DNA of 63,757 nucleotides, filler included, from Octopus bimaculoides (Eukaryota): NCBI RefSeq assembly GCF_001194135.2. It is 7 parts of 7 records of this genome, joined end to end, with 100 filler letters (N's around TTAATTAATTAA, not from the genome) between each part and the next. Parts side by side here need not be neighbours in the genome. Positions count along the whole stretch, not along the records: positions 52,050 to 57,126 come from NC_068988.1; positions 57,227 to 60,520 come from NC_068981.1; positions 60,621 to 61,885 come from NW_026390019.1; positions 61,986 to 63,757 come from NC_068983.1; 3 more parts are not named here. One strand, 5' to 3'. Shown piece by piece: positions 51,950 to 63,698 of this stretch (position 1 is its first letter; each line of letters starts with the position of its first letter). The notes under the pieces were generated by a model. It saw only the letters and a program-made list of their open reading frames with translations, ran no database searches and was not told where the DNA came from. The position numbers and the translations under genes were made by a program.

Positions 51950-52114
51950 NNNNNNNNNNNNNNNNNNNNNNNNNNNNNNNNNNNNNNNNNNNNTTAATTA
52001 ATTAANNNNNNNNNNNNNNNNNNNNNNNNNNNNNNNNNNNNNNNNNNNNACTTTTCTTAATGAGATCAAAATAAACCAAGGCTGTGTATAAATAGAACAT
52101 TTATAAATAGGTCT

Positions 52115-52154
52115 TACAGCTGTTTCCAGAATATTTGTTATATCTCTTCATCAG
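52115..52154 (-). ncRNA. PLE-type hammerhead core
   Basis: CTGATGA-a-gagatat aacaa atattctg-GAAA-CAGCT-GTA. Palindromic stem III ACAGCTGT and GUA site; stem I is decayed. Confidence 0.5.
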
Positions 52155-52894
52155 GGAATGTATTAATAGGGTCAAGTCTAAAACGGGAACCTAGGAATAA
52201 AGAAGAGGAAAGAGAAGAAGGTTGGGAGAAATAGACGAAAATAGAAGAAAACAATAAAAGGAATACAAAAATAGATATAAGGGAGAGTGTACGAGAATGG
52301 TCAGTGAATATAATAAGAAGGTAGGAAAGGAGGGAGCCATGTTTAGGCGTATGTGTGTGCGCATGGGTGTCTGTGTTTGTGTCTGTGTCTGTCTATATAC
52401 AAGTATAAATGCAATACGAATTGGGTGAGAAAGAAGAGCAGCAAAAGCGATGGGAATGGCAAAGAACGGGAAATATAGATACAGTAAGAACATACGATTG
52501 AGCAAAAGAGAATGAGAGACCGGGGGAGAGAGAAAGTGTTGGGGAGAGCAACACAAAGTAAATTCATATGGATTAACAGAGTTGAGAGGAAAGACATATA
52601 TATATATATATATTTGCTATGATTTTCATAATGAAGTTATTTATGTTTATTTCGTAATAACAATGCCAAAATAATACTCCTTAGGGAATTTGATAATTTA
52701 TATTAATAGTAAAAAACGAAAGCGTTGTGTTCTATATTTTCGTATTTTTATCTCTATTTATCATACATCATTGATACAATGTTATGGATTTCGAAATGAG
52801 CTTTGTTATTGAATACACAGTGTCTCATGTATGTCAATATATTTACTTTCACACATACGCAAACAAGCATGTGTATATATGTATATGTGTGTGC

Positions 52895-52936
<42 letters not shown>

Positions 52937-53059
52937 ACACAAACATATACATATATATATTATATAAAGTAGATTATTAATGATATATCGTTAATATACT
53001 ATTTTTTACACTTCCAAGAGCATTCTAATATATGCAAATATATATACAGACAAAAAGAC

Positions 53060-53077
53060 ATAGATAGATAGATAGAG

Positions 53078-53134
<57 letters not shown>

Positions 53135-53150
53135 CATAGATAGATAGATA
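53060..53150. repeat. (AGAT)n microsatellite
   Basis: Directly visible. Confidence 0.9.
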
Positions 53151-55154
53151 CATAGACATGCATACAGACACGCACAGATACATAATTGATACATACATAA
53201 CACATATATTAAGTTAAACTCACTTGGAAATGAATACGTAGCGTCCAATCAAATAATGATATAAATTATATATANNNNNNNNNNNNNNNNNNNNNNNNNN
53301 NNNNNNNNNNNNNNNNNNNNNNNNNNNNNNNNNNNNNNNNNNNNNNNNNNNNNNNNNNNNNNNNNNNNNNNNNNNNNNNNNNNNNNNNNNNNNNNNNNNN
53401 NNNNNNNNNNNNNNNNNNNNNNNNNNNNNNNNNNNNNNNNNNNNNNNNNNNNNNNNNNNNNNNNNNNNNNNNNNNNNNNNNNNNTATATATATGCATATA
53501 TATATACATATATGTACATACATACATATATATGTACATAGATAAGCATATATGGGTACAGAACGTCACAAAACGTAAACATGATATACGAATGTAAGGT
53601 TGGGTACGCAATGAACGAGAGAAAGAAATGGAAAACAAGACAAGTAACATACAAAAAGACCCTTCATTAGTTGTCGTCTGTCCTTCTACTCACAGTTTCG
53701 AGCATTGAACGACAATATAAGACTGTGAAGGCAGTTGCTCCAGCAAACCAAAATAAAATTTGGAATTTGCGGATGGTCAAAGTTGGTAACAAAAGCAGGA
53801 CTTACAATAAACCAAACGAAGCGAAAACAAACATGGAGGAAGGCCGTTAGACTAGACGAGGTAAGGTCGCAAACACTGGAAGAAGATTCTTTGAAAAAAG
53901 AAAAGATAGTTGAGGAGACAGATAAGAATGCGTCTGGACTACACGACAGACTGAAGAAAAAGAAAGATGATCACGCGAGGAAGGTACTGATGGACAATGG
54001 TCACGTGTAAGCAACGAGAGAGAGAGAGAGTGAGAGAGAGAGAGAGAGTAAAGGAGAAAGTAGGAGAGAGAGAGACAGATAGAAAACGGCGAAGCGGAGA
54101 AAAAGGAATCAGAGAAAGGATGAGAGAGAAAACGAAAGGGAAAGAGAGAAGGAACAGTAAAGGGTAGAGTCGCATCAAATATATTAAAATTAAATTACTT
54201 AGAAATGGATGCATGGCGTTCAATCAAATATTAATATAAATAATATATATATATATATATATANNNNNNNNNNNNNNNNNNNNNNNNNNNNNNNNNNNNN
54301 NNNNNNNNNNNNNNNNNNNNNNNNNNNNNNNNNNNNNNNNNNNNNNNNNNNNNNNNNNNNNNNNNNNNNNNNNNNNNNNNNNNNNNNNNNNNNNNNNNNN
54401 NNNNNNNNNNNNNNNNNNNNNNNNNNNNNNNNNNNNNNNNNNNNNNNNNNNNNNNNNNNNNNNNNNNNNNNNNNNNNNNNNNNNNNNNNNNNNNNNNNNN
54501 NNNNNNNNNNNNNNNNNNNNNNNNNNNNNNNNNNNNNNNNNNNNNNNNNNNNNNNNNNNNNNNNNNNNNNNNNNNNNNNNNNNNNNNNNNNNNNNNNNNN
54601 NNNNNNNNNNNNNNNNNNNNNNNNNNNNNNNNNNNNNNNNNNNNNNNNNNNNNNNNNNNNNNNNNNNNNNNNNNNNNNNNNNNNNNNNNNNNNNNNNNNN
54701 NNNNNNNNNNNNNNNNNNNNNNNNNNNNNNNNNNNNNNNNNNNNNNNNNNNNNNNNNNNNNNNNNNNNNNNNNNNNNNNNNNNNNNNNNNNNNNNNNNNN
54801 NNNNNNNNNNNATATATATATATATATACATATATACAAATATATACACACACACACACAGAAATAGAGATAGAGAGACAAGGAGATGAACTATAAATTT
54901 TATCGTGCTCGTGGGTAGGACACTAAGATCTAGTCTTGTAAATACGCCCCAGGTGAAAAGACAATGAGACGTCATTAAAGCGCTCCATTGATTTTCACGA
55001 TATAGCACGTCTATTTCGAATAAAGATGCGTCTCTGAACGTCATTCTTGTAAAACTGCTAATATTTTCACACAAAGTAGTAGATACATAATTTAATCAAG
55101 CGTATTTGGTTGCACAGACTACTATTAACTGTACAGATTAATCTACATACACGT

Positions 55155-55224
<70 letters not shown>

Positions 55225-55376
55225 GTGTGTGTGTGTGTATGAGTGACCATATATATCTATAGAGATGTGTATTCAAAACAACACAATTATATTTTCATAC
55301 ATATGCATATATAGATAGATATCTATATCTATCTGTTAATCTATCAATCTATCTACCTATTTATATATATATACTG

Positions 55377-55411
<35 letters not shown>

Positions 55412-56679
55412 AATGTAATACTCTATACTTATTGTAATAGAAGGACATAGCCATGGATGCAGGAAGAAAAAAGAATGAAACTGGAATACAACCGAGAGCC
55501 AGAGAAATAGATAGACAGATAGACAGAGAATTACACAAATCAACATTGCGATAAACAGTTTTAAAGTAAGATTCATAGGTAGATCGATATAAATATAGAT
55601 AATTAATTTATATGTTACCATACGTATCGTGTTCCTTATATATTTGGCGATACAGAAGAAGATACGGTTTAACATTGAAATTCAACAAGAACTGAGAACA
55701 GAATGGAACGGAAGAAAGTGAAAAATTAAATACAGAACATGATTAATGATATATTTGCTCCTTTTAATCTTACTTCAAACTTAATATTACTGTAATGAAT
55801 AGTAACCACAAGTCTATATGAATGCATGCATGTATGAATATATGTATGGCCATATAATTGTATGCTTGTAGGTATGTATGAATATTCTATATGAATGTAT
55901 TTCTGATTCACTTTCCAGATACCATTAAGAAAAATACGTACATGGGAGAGAAATACAACGAAATGGTTAATATATATACTGTATGTATATATATATGTAT
56001 TTATATATATATATATATATATANNNNNNNNNNNNNNNNNNNNNNNNNNNNNNNNNNNNNNNNNNNNNNNNNNNNNNNNNNNNNNNNNNNNNNNNNNNNN
56101 NNNNNNNNNNNNNNNNNNNNNNNNNNNNNNNNNNNNNNNNNNNNNNNNNNNNNNNNNNNNNNNNNNNNNNNNNNNNNNNNNNNNNNNNNNNNNNNNNNNN
56201 NNNNNNNNNNNNNNNNNNNNNNNNNNNNNNNNNNNNNNNNNNNNNNNNNNNNNNNNNNNNNNNNNNNNNNNNNNNNNNNNNNNNNNNNNNNNNNNNNNNN
56301 NNNNNNNNNNNNNNNNNNNNNNNNNNNNNNNNNNNNNNNNNNNNNNNNNNNNNNNNNNNNNNNNNNNNNNNNNNNNNNNNNNNNNNNNNNNNNNNNNNNN
56401 NNNNNNNNNNNNNNNNNNNNNNNNNNNNNNNNNNGTGCGTAATATATATAAACATATGCACAGATACATATGTAAGCTGTCTTCTATTTCATAATGCTTA
56501 AGCGAATTACACACATTATTGCCTCCGCCTACACCCCATTGTTACTTCTAAACGATCATACGAAGTTTAACATTTAACATCGAACTTAACATCGAATGTC
56601 ACATAGCTTTACGAATGGAACAAGAAATTTATTGACTTCAAATAGGTGTCTTTATATAAAGTAATGATCATAACCGTAG

Positions 56680-56750
56680 TAGTAATAATAATAATAATAA
56701 TGACAACAACAACAATAAAAATAATAATAAAAATAATAATGATGATGATG

Positions 56751-56783
<33 letters not shown>

Positions 56784-56810
56784 ATAATGATGATGATAAT
56801 AATAACAGAA
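56680..56810. repeat. Compound (AAT)/(GAT) microsatellite
   Basis: Directly visible. Confidence 0.9.
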
Positions 56811-57229
56811 TGATATAACGATGGCAATAAAACTCTTGTAATCACCATAGCTGATGTTCTGTTAAACAATAACTCTGCGCAGAAGTTCTTCTGGTGTAAG
56901 TCTTCTATTAAGTGACAAATATTATATTTGATTCGTGAAGTATATGTGTGTGTGTATGTGTTTGTGTGTGTGCGTGTGTGTGTGTGTCTTAAGTTTTAGT
57001 ATATATATATATATATATAAGATAGATGGAGAGATAGAGAGATATACGCACGTGTGTGTGATTCTTTATGTGTGTATGTCTTTGTGTGTACGCGTGTGTG
57101 TGTGAGTCTTAAGTCAGTATATAAATNNNNNNNNNNNNNNNNNNNNNNNNNNNNNNNNNNNNNNNNNNNNTTAATTAATTAANNNNNNNNNNNNNNNNNN
57201 NNNNNNNNNNNNNNNNNNNNNNNNNNTAA

Positions 57230-58050
57230 TCACAATAAGCATCAGGATATCAAGAAGTAATGCAATACGACCGTTTCAAGCGGCTCCATTTAATTGGACA
57301 ATGCAATCATTATATCAATTTAAATGCAGGGCTATCCTCAGCTGCACAAATAAATAGAATTTTAACCAGTTGGACGCATTAATATAATTTTTTCTCAAAT
57401 ACTTTAACAGAGCAAGAAGATGGAAGAAATCCATGTTGTCGCTATTGTAGCTAAGAATAGACTACACTTCCAAGAAAGGCATGAAGCCCACTGGGGTCAT
57501 AGCTTGTAAAGGATCGTGGTGCATTTCTAATTTATTTGTCTTTTTATCAATTACTAATCTAAGACTAGAGGACTGTGTCTGTTTGGAATGAAGGGCAAGA
57601 GTGAGTTGACAGCTCATGGCTAGGTGTGGTCATAAATATTGTCATATGTATCCCTTTTCTTCAGGGAGGGAAGAAGACACTATGAGTAGTAAATTGGATA
57701 TAGAGTAACTGTCAATAAAAGGAGGCTGGCTAGGGGAAGACTCTAAATCATAATGCTAATTACCAGTTAAAGGGGCAAGACGCTAATAAAACCTAGGATG
57801 ATAATACAGAGGAAATTTTATATTGGGGTAGTATGGGTGATTGTTATGTTGTATAAAAATAATATTTAAGATTATCAAAAACGATATCATAACCAAATAT
57901 GTAAAAGGTGTATATATATCAATTATCAACATTAGAAAGAAAAGATTACATAGAATCAGTTTAATATTCATTCATGTACTCATGTATCTATTAGGGGATT
58001 TCTATAAAGACTGCTCAGGGCAATTACTTATGGTGTAATTGAAAGATAAA
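57230..58050 (-). mobile_element. Heavily decayed Penelope-like 3' remnant
   Basis: Weak motifs FFLMLIID..P, IIFIQHN and (C)PLTGN(C) precede an intact hammerhead, at the same relative position as in the other PLEs. Confidence 0.4.
57260..57347 (-). ncRNA. Type I hammerhead ribozyme candidate with long stem II
   Basis: GTGCAG-CTGAGGA-[57 nt: agc..catttaaattg..caattaaatg..gct]-GAAA-CG gt CG-TA-TTGCAT. Six-bp stem I, 3-bp stem III and GUA site. Confidence 0.65.
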
Positions 58051-58620
58051 CATGCTATCTATATATTAATTATAGGCCAAGAATTAGAAAAAATAAGATG
58101 TGTACAGACACATACACATATTTATATATGTGCACACATGCACACATACACATGCACAAATATTTATACGTTTATATGGATATAATATAACCATCTCGCA
58201 TAGATTTAAGTAACAGAAAAGTATCTATTTACGAACAAGAAAAATAACAATTTATAAGGGATAAGAGGTTAATAGGTTATGCATATATATGCATATATAC
58301 ACATACAAATATTAATACGTTTATATGGATATAGTATAACCATCTGCATAGACCAAAGTAGCTGAAAAATCTTTATTTAAGAACAGTAACAACTTATAAA
58401 GAGATAAGAGGCTAATAGGTGGGGATATGAAAATAAGAGAACAAAGTAATAAGAAATTATAGAAAATAATACGAAATACATATAACCTACATTTAAAGAG
58501 ACAGGGTATTAAAATTTGAGGTAGGGAAGAGATAAAGGTAATCCGAAAAGAGGAGGTAGGAGGTATGGGCGTAGTAAGGGAAGTTAGAGGTATTCAGGCC
58601 AAAGAGATTATATATATATC

Positions 58621-58750
58621 GGTTTTCATCGATCAAATCCACTAACAAAGCTATAATAGAAGAAACTTTCCTAAGGTACCATGCAGTGGGACTGAACCCG
58701 AATCCATGTAGTTGGGAAGCAAACTTCCTACCACACAGTCATGCCTTCGC
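58621..58750 (-). mobile_element. SINE family A 5' half, decayed
   Basis: The minus strand reads gcgaaggcatgactgtgtggtagg...ggttcagtcccactgc...gtggatttg. Confidence 0.75.
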
Positions 58751-59005
58751 TTATAATTGTTAAATGATTCTTTATATTGTATTCTCTACTCAGATATAAT
58801 TCAGTCTCTTATGCATAGTGATATTTTGTGCGTACATAATATGTGAGTAGCGTACTACCCTCAACCATTCAGACATTCATATACACGCATGTACGGACAT
58901 GTACGTACATAATCGTTGCTAAGATTTCACTACAAGAGGGATTCGATTAAACTAGAACTGTGTTGATTGATATACAAATGTGTGCATGCATATACACACA
59001 TACAA

Positions 59006-59038
<33 letters not shown>

Positions 59039-60051
59039 CATATATATATATATATATANNNNNNNNNNNNNNNNNNNNNNNNNNNNNNNNNNNNNNNNNN
59101 NNNNNNNNNNNNNNNNNNNNNNNNNNNNNNNNNNNNNNNNNNNNNNNNNNNNNNNNNNNNNNNNNNNNNNNNNNNNNNNNNNNNNNNNNNNNNNNNNNNN
59201 NNNNNNNNNNNNNNNNNNNNNNNNNNNNNNNNNNNNNNNNNNNNNNNNNNNNNNNNNNNNNNNNNNNNNNNNNNNNNNNNNNNNNNNNNNNNNNNNNNNN
59301 NNNNNNNNNNNNNNNNNNNNNNNNNNNNNNNNNNNNNNNNNNNNNNNNNNNNNNNNNNNNNNNNNNNNNNNNNNNNNNNNNNNNNNNNNNNNNNNNNNNN
59401 NNNNNNNNNNNNNNNNNNNNNNNNNNNNNNNNNNNNNNNNNNNNNNNNNNNNNNNNNNNNNNNNNNNNNNNNNNNNNNNNNNNNNNNNNNNNNNNNNNNN
59501 NNNNNNNNNNNNNNNNNNNNNNNNNNNNNNNNNNNNNNNNNNNNNNNNNNNNNNNNNNNNNNNNNNNNNNNNNNNNNNNNNNNNNNNNNNNNNNNNNNNN
59601 NNNNNNNNNNNNNNNNNNNNNNNNNNNNNNNNNNNNNNNNNNNNNNNNNNNNNNNNNNNNNNNNNNNNNNNNNNNNNNNNNNNNNNNNNNNNNNNNNNNN
59701 NNNNNNNNNNNNNNNNNNNNNNNNNNNNNNNNNNNNNNNNNNNNNNNNNNNNNNNNNNNNNNNNNNNNNNNNNNNNNNNNNNNNNNNNNNNNNNNNNNNN
59801 NNNNNNNNNNNNNNNNNNNNNNNNNNNNNNNNNNNNNNNNNNNNNNNNNNNNNNNNNNNNNNNNNNNNNNNNNNNNNNNNNNNNNNNNNNNNNNNNNNNN
59901 NNNNNNNNNACACACACACACACACACACATATATACATATATATATATATATATACTTACATCTGCATTACTATCATTGTGTATAGATATATATAGCCT
60001 GCATTTGAGAATGGACACCTATACCTTCTTTATACACATATAAACTACATT

Positions 60052-60368
60052 GGCACTCCGTCGGTTATGACGAAGACTGTTCTAGTTTCTTCGATCAACG
60101 GGACAGCCTACTCGTGAAATTAACGTGCAAGTGGCTGAGCACTCCACAGGCGCGTGTGCCTCTAACGTAGTTCTCAAGGAGGTACAACGTAGCACACAAT
60201 TTGAAATGGTTGGCCCTCTTGCAATACAGGTTCAACACGTTTTAGCCAGTTAAGTGGATTGGAGAGCCGTGAAATAGTGTCTTGCTCAAGAACACAACGC
60301 GCCTCTGGGAATTGAACTCAGGACCTTGCGATCGTGAGCCGAATGCTCTAATCACTGAGCCACGCGCC
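60052..60368 (-). mobile_element. tRNA-derived SINE family C, full length
   Basis: ggcgcgtggctcagtg...gagttcaattccc; colinear with 48651-48962. Confidence 0.85.
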
Positions 60369-60469
60369 TTTACACACGTGTACAATGCATGCAAATACGC
60401 ATATTCGCATACACCTATCATATCTGTGTGTGTTTGTGTATACACACCCACCCACCCACATATATATAT

Positions 60470-60516
<47 letters not shown>

Positions 60517-60999
60517 TATANNNNNNNNNNNNNNNNNNNNNNNNNNNNNNNNNNNNNNNNNNNNTTAATTAATTAANNNNNNNNNNNNNNNNNNNNNNNN
60601 NNNNNNNNNNNNNNNNNNNNGCCTTTAGTTTATTGGATACGAATCGTTTCATGGTTAAGTGAATGGAAATTTCACTATTCCAATCTTCAGCCTCAATATT
60701 CTGATAAATTTGAAAGTGTCTCTAAAAAAATTCACGGTAATCTTTGGCCATGCGACACCAAAAATCAACGATAAGAAAGGCACTTACGAATTCATCGGCT
60801 AGCGAGTTCAGGCACCTCACCTCAAAGAAATCTATTCCATGTGCGTCACAAATAGTCCCGTATGAAAAAAAGTCCCGTGTCGAACTGGATTACGGTTTAG
60901 CCATCCAACTTAGAGATATCAAATATAAAATATACAAGAATAAGGGCAGAGAATCGTCAATTAATAATATATATATATATATTCTTACCACACAACCAC

Positions 61000-61169
61000 G
61001 CCTGCCTCTGTATACTACATTCATAAATATACACATACACACGTACATGCGCACAGACACCACACACACACACACGTATGAACATATGTATATCACATAT
61101 ACACACACATACAAATGTACGACGAAGGAAACATTTCCCACCCACCGACCCACACATCAACTACCCGGG

Positions 61170-61208
<39 letters not shown>

Positions 61209-61600
61209 CATATACATGTGTGCGTGCGTGTGTGTGTGTGTGCATGCACATATGTGTTTGTGTGTGTGTGTATGTATATACATGTGAATACGTGTGTGTA
61301 TGTGTGCTTGTGTATGTGTGTGCATCCGTATGTGTACGCATATACATGTTTCTGCGTGTGTATGCATATACGTGTTTGTGTATGCGTGCGCGCATGTATA
61401 TTTGTGTGTGTGTGTACATATGCATGTTTGTGTGTGTATGCATATACATATGAGTGTGTGTGTATGCATATGCATATGCCTGTGTGTCCGTGTGTGTACG
61501 CATATATATGTGTGCGTGTACGCATATACATGTGTGTGCGTTTGTGTACCTATATACATGTGTGTGTATGCATATGTGTGGGTGTGTGTGTGTGTGTGTA
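61000..61600. repeat. Degenerate (TG/TA/CA) dinucleotide tract
   Basis: Directly visible; it is the source of many spurious C/V/Y and H/T ORFs. Confidence 0.9.
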
Positions 61601-62012
61601 CAGACTGAACAATAGGACACAGCGATGCTTGAATACCAACCTGGAACCTATTATAACATAACTTTCAAAAATGCGCTAGAACCGGGTATGTATATTTATA
61701 ATAAATATATACCCGTTTAGTATATAAACACACCTGTGTAGTATAAGGTTGCGTTTAAACACGCCGGGGATATATGATATTCGGGTATCAACGGAAGGGA
61801 GAGGTACTGAACGAACCGCTTCAAAGCGACGGTGTACATAAATAAATACACCTGTCGGGTGTGTGTATATATATATATATATATANNNNNNNNNNNNNNN
61901 NNNNNNNNNNNNNNNNNNNNNNNNNNNNNTTAATTAATTAANNNNNNNNNNNNNNNNNNNNNNNNNNNNNNNNNNNNNNNNNNNNACACACACACACACA
62001 CACACACACACA

Positions 62013-62448
62013 TGTTCAGATAGGTTTATTACCTGTCTCTTTCTAGCAGTGTATAACAAGAAATGATAAAGGCAAAAGAAGAAATGCCCCTCTACCATCT
62101 CTGCTTATATAGGTAGCGGCTAGCCATTAGAACATTCTAGATAGTTCTACAACTTCCCATTCGATTCTAATGGACAGTTTCGCATACCAGCAATTTCTGT
62201 TGGACAAATTTAGATGCTAGCGACCTCCACAACACCTCCCTACCAAAACTGATGCTACACTAAAAGCATCAACAACAAAGTGTCTCGCTGGGCTTTGGTT
62301 TTATCTTGGATCGTGTTGGGTTGTCTGATCCATACTCTGGTACAGGCGGTTTGGTCTTGGGTAGAAGTGGTCAGGTGTCTCTGCGTTTGTGGCACTTCTT
62401 CCAATATCTCCAGTGGATGATTAGTTGGATGCTCAGAAATAATGGAAA
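62013..62448 (-). mobile_element. Gypsy-like 3' end: polypurine tract + 222-bp LTR
   Basis: On the minus strand, GGTAGGGAGG (62235-62244) precedes TGTTGTGG, and the segment contains TATATAAG and AATAAA and ends CTGAACA at 62013. Confidence 0.65.
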
Positions 62449-62450
62449 TA

Positions 62451-62954
62451 CAATAATCACGCGCCATATCACGCTTCACTTATCGCGCCCGCAGTACATC
62501 GCAGATTTTTCTGGTCAATATATGCAAATTTATATCGCAGTCTTCTTAGTATATCGCATGTTTCTGCGGCCGATAGGTATTTATATTTTCTTAGATTTTA
62601 ATTATTTCTGTGGTAAAATAAGCATTTTCACGTCTAAAAATTAGTAAATTAATAAATAAAAATACAGTACAGTACTGCACTGTTTAACATATTAATTAAA
62701 ATATATTAAAAGTAAATAATATAATATTTATAAAACGTTTACCGTAGATGAGTAAACAAAGAATCGCACATACTGTATGGAACACGATCTCGAGAGGCGA
62801 GTGTGCAGTGTTGCTGTGCATTTACAATAAAATGAATATATACAACTTACAAAAATAATTAAAAAAATAACCAGTGCAGTAGTATTTACTTCGCAGAATT
62901 TTACCTATCGCGGGTTTTTGGAACGTAACCCCCGCCATAGTCGAGGGATTACTG
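62451..62954. mobile_element. Tigger/pogo-like non-autonomous DNA transposon
   Basis: TA-CAATAATCACGCG...CGAGGGATTACTG: imperfect TIRs, 10/13 identical. Confidence 0.65.
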
Positions 62955-62980
62955 CATTTTCATATACGTTTATATATATA

Positions 62981-63325
62981 AGTTGGGTCATCCCATAAAG
63001 AATGCGGTTTTTTCAATTGCATGAACTAAAAGCAGGTATTAATTTTACCTTGTACTTATTCTTAGTGCAAGTTTTCAAGAGTGCAGTTCGATTTTACCAG
63101 CTATTTAGTCAAAGCTATAAAGGAGCATATTCGGCATATTTTGCTGTATGATTTCAATAAAGACAACAACGCAACGAAAAGTGCGAGGAATATTAATGCA
63201 GTATATGGAAATCGGACAATAATCGTAGGCTAGTCTCAACGGTAGTTCCAAAAGTTCCGGGCTGGAAACTAAGGTCTAGAAGACGAGCTTCGTCCTGGAA
63301 GATCTGTAGATCTCGATGAGGACGT
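62981..63325 (+). mobile_element. Mariner 5' fragment (TIR + HTH region of transposase)
   Basis: ttgggtcatcccataa end. Translates as KEHIRHILLYDFNK..NAT.SARNINAVYG...FQKFRAGN..LEDE.RPGRS..LDEDV. Confidence 0.85.
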
Positions 63326-63685
63326 GGCGATTAAATTTACTTGTTAGTATAGTTACTACTTTGATCTCTTGGGATTTTACGAGTGGCTATTTTGCTTGTT
63401 GCAAATCAGTGACCGATGGTCGCTTTGTTTACAATATATTGTTGGCTAGAGCGAACCCTGGACCAGGTACTCGCGACTGATGATAAGACAACCAACTCGA
63501 AACTGAGTCAGTCTTGCGATACTGTTCTCTGCTAGAGGATGGTTGTGGTTCGCTCCCCCTGCTAGCAATGTTTATTGTATATTATAGAGTGCAGCACCGC
63601 ACTGATAAGTAGCTGGCGGAAGAACTGCCTGGAGTTAAACCAGTAGTAACACGGGACAGCCACTCTGATGTGGCGATTAACTTTA
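63321..63685 (+). mobile_element. Retrozyme-like 346-nt HHR-containing unit with terminal redundancy
   Basis: 19-nt direct repeats at 63321-63339 and 63667-63685 (2 mismatches), a central hammerhead, several nested inverted repeats and no ORF. Confidence 0.5.
63471..63519 (+). ncRNA. Type I hammerhead ribozyme candidate
   Basis: TCGCGA-CTGATGA-taagacaaccaactc-GAAA-CTG agt CAG-TC-TTGCGA. Six-bp stem I, 4-bp stem III and GUC site; stem II is weak. Confidence 0.65.
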
Positions 63686-63698
63686 TACATACATACAT

